Shown in pieces: positions 1 through 9,600 of a stretch of DNA of 51,282 nt. The notes beneath the pieces are model-generated. The model did no database searches. It saw nothing but the letters and a program-made list of their open reading frames with translations, and had not been told where the DNA came from. How positions within the stretch are numbered: the stretch's first letter is position 1; each line of letters opens with the position of its first letter. The position numbers and the translations under genes are program-made. Origin of the DNA: Barthelona sp. PAP020 (taxonomy: Eukaryota); contig JARQWU010000043.1 of assembly GCA_040182905.1 (NCBI GenBank), positions 1 through 51,282 on the forward strand, read 5' to 3'.

Positions 1-149
1 ACTTGCATCCTTATTACCCTGAATCATTTGATTCTTTGTTGTTATTTCACTTTCAATTTTGATATCCATTAATATCAGAAATTGCAAGAAGAAACCTTAA
101 ACACATTTGCATTGTCTTTTACGTGAAATCCGTTCGCTTTGCTACGAAC

Positions 150-364
150 ACTTATTGAGGCAGTATTTCACATCCCGCAAAGGGCGTAGCTTTTCTAAGA
201 CAATCTATGAAAGAGTAGGTCTCAAAAAAGAGGTTCCTGAAAGAAACACTGGATTCCCGTGAAAAGAATATAGAATAAGGTTTTTATGAGTCAATCGAAA
301 TTTCCCAGTCTCGAAGTTGGGAAAATTCTGGAAAAGATTCGCACAAGAAGAAAAATAAAAAAAA
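150..364 (+). repeat. Copy A of a dispersed non-coding repeat family (3' part plus A-rich terminus)
   Basis: Aligns by eye over ~210 bp to the reverse complement of 25535-25750. Includes an exact 24-bp match TGAAAGAGTAGGTCTCAAAAAAGA (208-231 vs 25667-25690). Ends TTCGCACAAGAAGAAAAATAAAAAAAA. Confidence 0.9.
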
Positions 365-640
365 GAGGAAAACAAGAGAGTTGTTTGCAACATGATTATT
401 TCAACCAATAGAAATTATTTGTCCTTCCTCTTTTCCTTTAATACGAAACTTTGCCATTAATTACTCCAAAAATGATTGATTTTTTTACAAGTGAACTCCA
501 AGAAATCTTGTGAAATGAATAAATTTCAAGAATATCGGAGCTATCTGGCTCTTTTAAAAAATTTACTAATCAGATGAAGAGCCAGTATCAAGTTTGGAGA
601 GTTTTGGAAAACTTTTCGTACAAAGCAAAATAAAAAAGAA
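362..640 (+). repeat. Copy B of the same family, internally deleted, in tandem with copy A
   Basis: 362-565 aligns to the reverse complement of ~25945-25740 (e.g. ATAAATTTcAAgAATATCGGAGC vs ATAAATTTtAAaAATATCGGAGC; ATACGaAACTTT vs ATACGgAACTTT). It then jumps to the terminal motif CCAGTATCAAGTTTGGAGAGTTTTGGAAAACTTTTCGTACAAAGCAAAATAAAAAA. Confidence 0.85.
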
Positions 641-1071
641 ACAATAAGTGGACTGTTTGACAGATATCGACATTCAACACACTTTTCCGTTCAATTTGCA
701 GATCAATTGGATATAAAGATCACAAAACGCCTATTACATTAAAAATAGTGCAAAAATACATTGAAACAATGACTTTCGATAAAATAATACGAACAAACGT
801 CATTAAAGCAGAAAAATATTTTCTCATAACATTTTCATGGTTTTTAAAACAATATTGAGTGCACAGCTATTGGAATAAATTCGATAAAGAAAGTCCCAAC
901 AAAAAAGCAGTAACACATCGAAAGGAATATCCCACACATGATTAATCAATCAATTCACTTCATTTGGATAACTACTGCTCCAAAACACGGACTGATTGTT
1001 TCTGAAAAAATATTGAAAATGTATGAAAAGATGGAATTCTTTTCTTAGCTTGATTTCTTTTTTTCCAAGCA

Positions 1072-2886
1072 ATGGTTGTTAACATTGACATTTCAGTCAT
1101 CAAAGAGATAATTCAACAAAAGGAAACTGAAGGTGCTACTTTTGTAGAAAACTGGCGATCAAAGGACAAGAATCGAATCTCTGTTTTAAAATCATTTGCA
1201 GAGCTCATAGATTCTATAAAACCTACTGAAATTCATGGATCTAATTTTAACATACTGAACCCAGATTTTGTAGAAGGGAAGGGTAAATGCTTGAGCACCG
1301 CTGAATGGTATGAAATGGTTGTCTTAATCAATTTCTTTCACAATACGCCGGAAGAATATGATTTAATGAAAGAATGCGTGCCAATGAATCTCAACAATCC
1401 TTTTATTTGTCAAATTCATGGTGTGACCAAAATCAATGGTAAAACTGGGATAGTTATGCAATTTTGTGATTCAGTTCTCGAACATGAAATACCCAAACTT
1501 TCTTTGATGCAAAAGCTCACGATACTCATGCAAGTTGCTTCCAGTCTAGATTATTGTCATGAATGCGGTTTTATTCATGGTGATGTTCAACCAAAAAATG
1601 TTCTTTTAAGAGAAGAGAAAGGGAAGTTCATTCCTGCTTTAAGCGATTTTGGGACTGTGGAAGATTGCAACAGTTCATCAATTGTTGCCATGACAGGTTC
1701 CATCAGTTATCGCCCTTATGAAGTTGTTAAAGATTTTAATGTTGGTCAAATTAACCGCAAAGCAATTGATGTGTGGGCGTTTGGTGTGATGATGATTTAT
1801 GTAATGACTGGTGTTCCTCCTTTCGATGGAAACGATGATAGGACAACGTATATGGAAGTGTTGAAAGGGAAATTGCCGTATACAGATGAGATGATTGATT
1901 CAGTGGTGGGTCATGGTATTGTAAGGTTATGTTTGGATGTAGATCCAACCAAGCGTCCATCATTTGAGTTAATTACTGATTACTTGAAGATGCTCATCAA
2001 TACGGTATTTGAACGCACTGTCCCTTTCTATAAGTATAAAATGGGTCAAGTTTTTGTTCCAAATGGATTCGATGTGGATGGATTTGAAGATAATTGTCAC
2101 CCAAAGAAGATTTATCGGGCTGCATGTGATGGTAATCTGGAGGTTGTCAAGCAGTGTATCAAAGCTGGTGTGGATGTGAATAAACAGGGAAATGAAGGAA
2201 TGACATCGCTGTATGGAGCTTGTTTAAATGGGTATATAAAGGTTGTTGAGTTTTTGTTGGATTTTGAGGCTGATGTTAATTTGTGTGATAATGAAGGTGT
2301 TTCTCCATTGTACATTAGTTGTTACAATGGTCATCTTGATGTTGCTGAAATGCTATTGGATTATGGGGCTGATGTTATTTTGTGTGATAACTATGGGTGG
2401 TCTCCATTACATGTTAGTTGTCTTGAAGGTCATCTTGACGTTGCCAAAATGCTCTTGGATCATGGGGCTGATGTTATTTTGTGTGATAACTATGGGTGGT
2501 CTCCATTACATGTTAGTTGTCTTAAAGGTCATCTTGACGTTGCCGAAATGCTCTTGGATCATGGGGCTGATGTTAATTTGTGTGATAATTATGGGAAGTC
2601 TCCATTGTACATCAGTTGTGAAAATGCTCATTTTGATGTCAAAATGCTCTTGGATCATGGGGCTGATGTTAATTTGTGTGATAATTATGGGAAGTCTCCA
2701 TTGCATATTAGTTGTCAAAATGCTCATTTTGATGTTGCCAAAATGCTCTTGGATCATGAAGCCAATGTAAATCTCAAAACCACAAATGGATCAACACCAA
2801 TTGATGTTGCCAAAGAAAATGGTCATTCCCAAATTGTAGAGCTTCTCAAACCGCATTACAGTTGGTTCAAAACTTTGTTTGTGTAA
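1072..2886 (+). CDS. Protein kinase-like (probable pseudokinase) domain fused to ~8 ankyrin repeats
   Basis: 604-aa ORF. Kinase motifs HGDVQPKN, DFG, YRPYE, DVWAFG and RPSF are present. The Gly loop is degenerate and VAIK is replaced by VLIN. C-terminal G-x-SPL(H/Y)-x-SC...H.DVA.MLLDHGADV ankyrin repeats. Confidence 0.93.
   Translation: MVVNIDISVIKEIIQQKETEGATFVENWRSKDKNRISVLKSFAELIDSIKPTEIHGSNFNILNPDFVEGKGKCLSTAEWYEMVVLINFFHNTPEEYDLMKECVPMNLNNPFICQIHGVTKINGKTGIVMQFCDSVLEHEIPKLSLMQKLTILMQVASSLDYCHECGFIHGDVQPKNVLLREEKGKFIPALSDFGTVEDCNSSSIVAMTGSISYRPYEVVKDFNVGQINRKAIDVWAFGVMMIYVMTGVPPFDGNDDRTTYMEVLKGKLPYTDEMIDSVVGHGIVRLCLDVDPTKRPSFELITDYLKMLINTVFERTVPFYKYKMGQVFVPNGFDVDGFEDNCHPKKIYRAACDGNLEVVKQCIKAGVDVNKQGNEGMTSLYGACLNGYIKVVEFLLDFEADVNLCDNEGVSPLYISCYNGHLDVAEMLLDYGADVILCDNYGWSPLHVSCLEGHLDVAKMLLDHGADVILCDNYGWSPLHVSCLKGHLDVAEMLLDHGADVNLCDNYGKSPLYISCENAHFDVKMLLDHGADVNLCDNYGKSPLHISCQNAHFDVAKMLLDHEANVNLKTTNGSTPIDVAKENGHSQIVELLKPHYSWFKTLFV
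2266..2770 (+). repeat. Near-identical 99-bp tandem units encoding ankyrin repeats
   Basis: GCTGATGTTAxTTTGTGTGATAA recurs at 99-bp spacing. One unit is 96 bp because an Ala codon is lost near 2640. Adjacent units are almost identical at DNA level. Confidence 0.9.
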
Positions 2887-3279
2887 CAAACCCATACATC
2901 CATAAAACACTGTTGCATTGATAATCTAACAAGCAACGCGCTCAATTTTCTCATTTTTCAGTTCATGTTGACAATTTATTCTTCTTGCAATCTTTGGTGT
3001 TTGTATTGATGCAACTCCTGTTGCATCTTCATTGTTGAAGGTTAAACTTTCTGGTTTTTCTTTTGCAGAGATGTAGAGAGTAGGAATAGAATATATGTTG
3101 GAAATGCATGTTTTTTCTTGTTCCAACCTCAAGATTGAATTTCAGCTGTTCATTCCATTTGTTGAAATTTTCTGAAATTAGTTTTCTGTGTTTGATTTTG
3201 TAAATTTATAAATTGTTTTTTTTTGTTCATGTAAATAATGTTGAAAACTTTATCTTTTCATACTTTGATCGTTTTATTT

Positions 3280-3640
3280 CCAAGAATTTTGTGTTCATGA
3301 GTGAATAAAAAAGAATGGTGTTAATTTTTTAAAAGATTGCCAGGACCAAATGATCCTTTGAAAAACTAAGGAATAAAACTTTAAAATTTTGCTTTTGTTA
3401 AAATGCCAAAAAAATACGATTGGAAAACTATTTCAAAACTTTTCATGCTTGATGAGTAAGGCTCAATTGTAGCAACATTTTCTGTGGCCGAGATTTAGGG
3501 AAGCGAGTTTTCTTTAGTTGCTCTTTCTTTGTAAACAAATGTAGTTGTTCCACAATTGAACAATTTTGTTCACCTGAAACACCAATCTCAAATTTGAAAA
3601 GTTTTGAAAAATGTTTCGTGCAAAGGAAAATAAAAAAAAC
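3280..3640 (+). repeat. Copy C of the repeat family, downstream of the kinase-ankyrin gene, internally deleted
   Basis: 3280-3405 aligns to the reverse complement of ~26235-26095 (CTTTAAAA-TTTTGCTTTTGTTAAA). 3500-3560 aligns to the reverse complement of ~26015-25955 (TTTCTTTGTAA..AAAT.TAG.TGTT). 3570-3640 is the terminal motif with its A-rich tail. Confidence 0.8.
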
Positions 3641-3663
3641 TGGTCACAATTTACAACAACAAA

Positions 3664-6600
3664 TTAAACTTTATCAAGGATTAATTGTCTCAATGAATTC
3701 ATTACGTTGGCTCCAAATTTATCATTTAAACTAATTAAACATCTTTCAAACATAACGATAATGTCTTTATCATTCAAATTAAAGTTTTCATTCTGAATTA
3801 ACAAAGAAAATTGCTCTTTTGATTGAACAAAGTTTTTATTCAACCAAAAAGTTACAGCGAGATTGAATCTAAAACCTTGTTCAAATATATCATCAAAAGT
3901 TTGGCTCTTATTTTGAATAAAAAATGAATTTTTCAATTTCAAACTTTTTAAACATTGTGAACACATTGTGATTGCTTCTGAATATTGTTCTTGTTTAATA
4001 TAAACAATAGAAACATAGAATTGAACTTGTAAGAATGAATTATAAGGAGGTATGAATTCAGTGTTATATATATTGTTGAAATACCAATCAATGAGCGATA
4101 GATCAATGCATTTTATCTTATTAACAATAAATAAATGTAAATAGAAGAGGATATATTGAGTAAATAAATCTGAAGACATGTAAGTAATTTTATTTGAGTT
4201 GAAAACAAACAAAATTTGTTTTTCAACAATTGAAAATTTTTTGAGGATGAAATTTTCGAAAATTTCAGAATATTGTTTCAACATGATGTTATATTTTTTT
4301 TGTTCTTTTGCTAAAGGAAAATGACATGGATTTATTGGATAAAAGCCAAAGATTTCCATTTTATCATTATACAATTGAATAATTGTTTTAATTACTGATA
4401 AAGACAAAATGATATCTCCAAAATTTCTAGCACAGTTGAAAATAGCTGCTGATGCTTTAATTTGAATTTCTATTTCATTCTCATTATCTGCAATAATAGA
4501 AGCTTTAATAAAATAACTAGAAGCTAATTCATAATTTGCTAACTTATAAAAAATCACTCCAATATTATATATCAACAACAAATCATATGGATATAATCTT
4601 AATATCCTTCTAGCAATATCTAATCCTTCTACTAAAGCTTGTTTTGTACCAATATAAAAACATTTTTCAATTAACATACATTTAGTTAACTTTTTCAATT
4701 CATCATAATTTCCTTGATATTCAAAATCAGTTTCAAAAAATTTTTTTCTTTTATAATTCCATAAACTCTTACGAAATTTGTTTAATGTCAAAATTTGCTG
4801 AGATAAAGTTATTTTATTAATTTTAGCTAAATCATGTAAGGCAGAATCATATTCTTCTAATCTTGAATATGCCATGGCACGATTATGTAAGATTAGCATA
4901 TATCTGTGATCAGATATTGGATTGACTATCATCAACAACATTTTTGAATAATCTGCAACAATTGAATTAAATATTTTTAAAAACGCCAACTTTTTCAAAA
5001 TGATTCTTAGCAAAATGTCATTATTTTCATAAGAATCACAATATTTCACATACAATTCCTTTTCATATAATTTGATCATATTATTTACATTAATTTGTTC
5101 AACAATAACTTTGTAAAACCGATAATTTGTGTTCTTTGGTTCATCTTTTGTTAATTTTTCAAAAGATACAAGGGATTGTTGTAATAATCCCAAAAATAAT
5201 TCAATAACAGCACAATAATATCGAGCAAGAATAAATCGTGGGGATAAACTAAGACTTTGGGTTATATCAACATATGCTTGCTCTAAATTTTGACGATGTA
5301 ACTGAATAATAGCTCTTAAAAAATAAGCTTGAGAATGTCTTGAAGAAGTATTGGGTATTGAAGTTAAACGTGTTAATGAAGGCATTCTAGATAACGATTC
5401 ACGATGATTATACTTAGTTGAAGTCATATTTGGCAAAGATAATTGCATATCATTGTTTTCATTCATATTTCCATCAACAATAGCATTAGCACTTGCATTA
5501 GTGGCTTCAAATTTGATTTTCCTCAACATGTTACTCAAATCAATTCCTACACTTAAATCATAATAACTTCTTTTGTGGAAATTTAGTGTGAAATGACAAA
5601 ATCCTCGTTCAATCACAACCCTGATCAATTGACTAAAATAATGTAAAGGATCTTTATTATTATTGGAAATGCCATGTTGAATAAAGGATAATTTTGGGGG
5701 AAAATCCCTTTTGTTAAGTTCACTGATCCTGTTTTCAAAAAGAAAAGAACTACTAATTTTTAAATGACTCATCATTTCTACAGATTTGATAATCTTTCTG
5801 CTCAATACTTTAGCAGAACATTTTTCGTTTTTGAATCTCAAAATTTTTCGAATAAGTTCACGGTTTGTTTCAAATAACGCATTCAATATCATCAAAGCAT
5901 CATTTGAGAGTCTAACTCTTCTAAACAAAATACTTTGCATCAACAAACTGTCAATACGTTGACGCATATGACTAACTTGTTTTAGAGCATGATAAGCAGC
6001 TTTTTGATTCTCTAAATGATGATGAACTCGTCCTTTTGTTAAATACAACTTAAATTTCAAATCATCAAAATTTTGGAAAGTATAAGTCAAATATGAAGAA
6101 GCAATGTGTTGTAAATACGCTAATTGTGCGTTTTTGGCGTCAATCAATGAACAATTGTAATTTTTTAACGAATATTTCTTTTGAGTTTGATTTTTCTTTT
6201 CCAAATTACCAATAAACATTTCATAATATTCAGCACAAACATTTGAATATAATTCAGCCTCTTGTAATCTATTATTAAACAAATGAAGACTAGCTAATTG
6301 TGCAGATAAATATGCACAACATAATTTTTGAAAATTATTCAAAGCATCAAATCCAAAGACCTTTTGAATATTCATCTTATGCTTATTTTCAACAATTTTC
6401 TTTTGATAATGCATAAAAATGGTATCAGGAATCTCCATAAGCGATAATAATGGATAACCATTCAAAGCATCATAATAAGAACTTGATTCTAAGGTAGGAA
6501 CACTTGAAATAGCATGAACAAATCCAACAGCTGGTTCTTTGATAAGTTTTCGTAAAAATTGACTGGAAACAGTAGTTGTTTCATTCTTAACAACAACACT

Positions 6601-9600
6601 TTGATCAACAAAATGTTTTAACTTTTCAAAAACACAGATTAAACAATTACAACTCAAACGTTTATACAACATATATCGATCATTGGTGTTTGCACCAAAT
6701 TCTTCTGATAAAATTTTACGACATATGTATGTGTACATCTTTGCAAGTATTATTGATATTGTGACTGATGAAGGGAAAAGTCGATTCAAATTCAATGTAT
6801 ATTTAAAAATCTCGTCAAATCTCCCGTGTTTCAGATATAAAAGGTAACATTTTGTCAACATTTCATCCAAATGACTAGTTAATGGTAATTTATTTAAGAA
6901 TGACCAATCAATAACCACATTAGAATCATCATCAAACCAATAGTTGAATTCATGCAAAGAGTTATGACAATAAATGTTGAAATATTTGATTAGAATGATT
7001 TCGTTAAGGTTTTTTGATGTTTGCAGCAGTTTAAAGAGATCTTGCTTAGCAAGGGGATATAAATTATTGGAAAGACCAGAAGGCATTGACCTATGCATGA
7101 TTTGAATGAAATTAAAGTTCAAAAACTCATCAGTATTTTTTAAGACTTCTACTGAATTCGCAGCAAGATTTTTTAAGACATTAAAGAATTGAAAAAAATA
7201 GGTTTCGATGCAATCACCAAAGATATAAAGATTATCTCTGGTAAACAAAAACTTTTTGCTCTGATTGAACGACCCTAATTTATTTAAGCTTATCCAGGTG
7301 AAAAAATCTTCATTCTTTTCTTCAAAAGTTCTTATTTCACTCCAACAATGCTTTAAAACTTGATATACCTTATGATAACATTCATATTCTAAATAATCAG
7401 CAGATCCTTTACAGACAAAGGTCAATAAATCCATTTCTCTATTAATTAAAGCAGATTGATAAAGACATCGACTTATTTTTTTGGAAATTGCAATCAACCT
7501 AGGAATAATTACACCAATTAATGAAAAACTAAATAAAGCATCCTTATAATAATGTTTAAATCCATGAATGTATTGTTCATACTTCTCAGTATTCTCAATT
7601 TCACTTATAACCCTCATAACCATGTTTAAACTTATCTTTTTAGCAATCAATTCATCAACATTAACCTCTGCATTCAATTGAAAAGAATTAATGGAATCTT
7701 TTGAATTGTTATCAATCAATTTATTTGATTTGGAACCTGAAACTGTCTTATTTGTTGAGGTTTCATCATCTTCAACTTCCAATTCCTCTGCTGTGTTGTT
7801 CGAATTGTTTTTTTCCAATTTTTCTTGAGCTTCTGCCTCCGCCTCCAAATCTTTTTCATAAAGAAACATGGCTCTTTGACGAATATTCCGAATTAACTCA
7901 TCTCTAAACAATTTTACCTGAAAAAACATCATCATTAAGCTTTTTAAGAAAAGACTAACAATATTTTGAAAAGAACCATACAATTCATCATAATAATTCT
8001 GATAAGACAACATCTTAAATATACAACGTCTTGTATCATCAGGGAATAATTGTTGAGCCTTATTATACAATTTTAAAACTGTTTTGGAAAGTTCTGGAGG
8101 TTTATATAGCGATTTCAAAGTGGAAATGTTTTGAAATTGTGGTATCCTTTCATAGATATCAATCAAAGGGATTGTATCTTTAATTCTCAGTGTTTGAAAC
8201 GGTTTTTCGAAAATTTCAAAAGTAAAATTTTGCTCAAAATTATCAATACAAGTTTGTTGTGCATTAATAGAAGAAAAGGGCAAGAAAACCTTGGTAAAAT
8301 TGTATGAAAATTCTTTCATTTCTTGTTTTTTTGTTTCCAATGATAATAAATGTGCTTTTAATATATATACATAGCTTTTTAATTCTTTTTGACTTTGAAT
8401 GAACTTTTTTAAATGGGTCTTAATTTGATTAGCAAAAAAAACGTTTTTTTCATTATTCTTACTTGAAATAGCTATTGTTGCTTTTTCAACTGTTTGAATT
8501 TGAGGTTGAAGAAATTGATATTGTGAGAATTTTTTGATTAATTCATGAATAAATCCTTCAAATTCGATGGAATTAATTTCCAAATTAATGGTTTGTATCA
8601 ATTCCATATCGATAGGATATCCTTTGATATTTGAAAATAGAAACCATATAATGGTGTAAATTCTGGCATACCATAATAAAATTGCTGAAAAATATAAAAA
8701 CCAAAAGTGATTGTCATCAAGACTCAAAAAATTAATTCTGTTTCTATCAATATCATTATCATTATCTGCTTCTTCTTCTTCTTCTTCTTCTTCAATTTTT
8801 AAATTAAAAACAGCATTTAAATTAGTTATCAACATTGTTTCTTCAGTAAGTAATGTTTGAATTGCTTGAGAACGTTTTTCAACATCATCTTTCTTCAAAT
8901 CTAATACACATAAAAAAATATTAATGTAAGATTGAACTAAATAACTTACAACTTCATTTGCATATCCTTCTTCAATGCGAATTTCATTTTCTTCTTTGAA
9001 AATATTCAAATCTTTTCTGGCAGTTTCATACAATTTCAATCGAATCAAACAATGAATTCTTAACATATGACATTCAACATTTGGATGTATCTTCAATGCA
9101 TACGAAGTACGTTCAATAATGTCATCATACGTTAAAACTCCTGCTTTTCTTTTAACTTTCAATTCAAATAAAATATAGGTTGTGATCTTTTTACGTAGCC
9201 AACTACGTTGTTTTGTTAACCATTCAACTCTTCTTAACATTTCTTTTGAAGGTTTTCTATCTTGTTTCAATAAATCATCAACAATTTGTTGCAATCGTTT
9301 CAGTTCAGCTTCAACAGAAGTTAAATTTTTGGTGACATATTCCATAGCTAAATTAATTTCCTTCAAACAATCCATACACATGTTTAATTCAAACAAAATC
9401 TTTGCTTTACGAATATATAAAGTGAAATCAAAAGGATTTTGTTCAAGCAAATCCATTAAGACTTGATAAGCATCTTTGTATTGGTGATCAGCAACCAAAA
9501 ATTCAACTAATCTTAAAATCTTTCTCCATTCTTCAGTTTGAAATAGTTTTTGAGGTCTTCCAAAAAAACACATCTTTTCAACATACCTTTTTTTTATTGA

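Noticed and set aside
2243..2770. 175-aa alternative-frame ORF and antisense ORFs over the ankyrin array (also 27096-27398)
   Set aside because: These are shadow frames kept open by the 99-bp periodicity.
2266..2770. CRISPR-like periodicity
   Set aside because: The units are in-frame coding repeats with no unique spacers, in a eukaryotic context.
2926..3132. 68-aa minus-strand ORF downstream of the kinase gene
   Set aside because: It has a TTG start and no motif. It may be a decayed fragment but cannot be supported.
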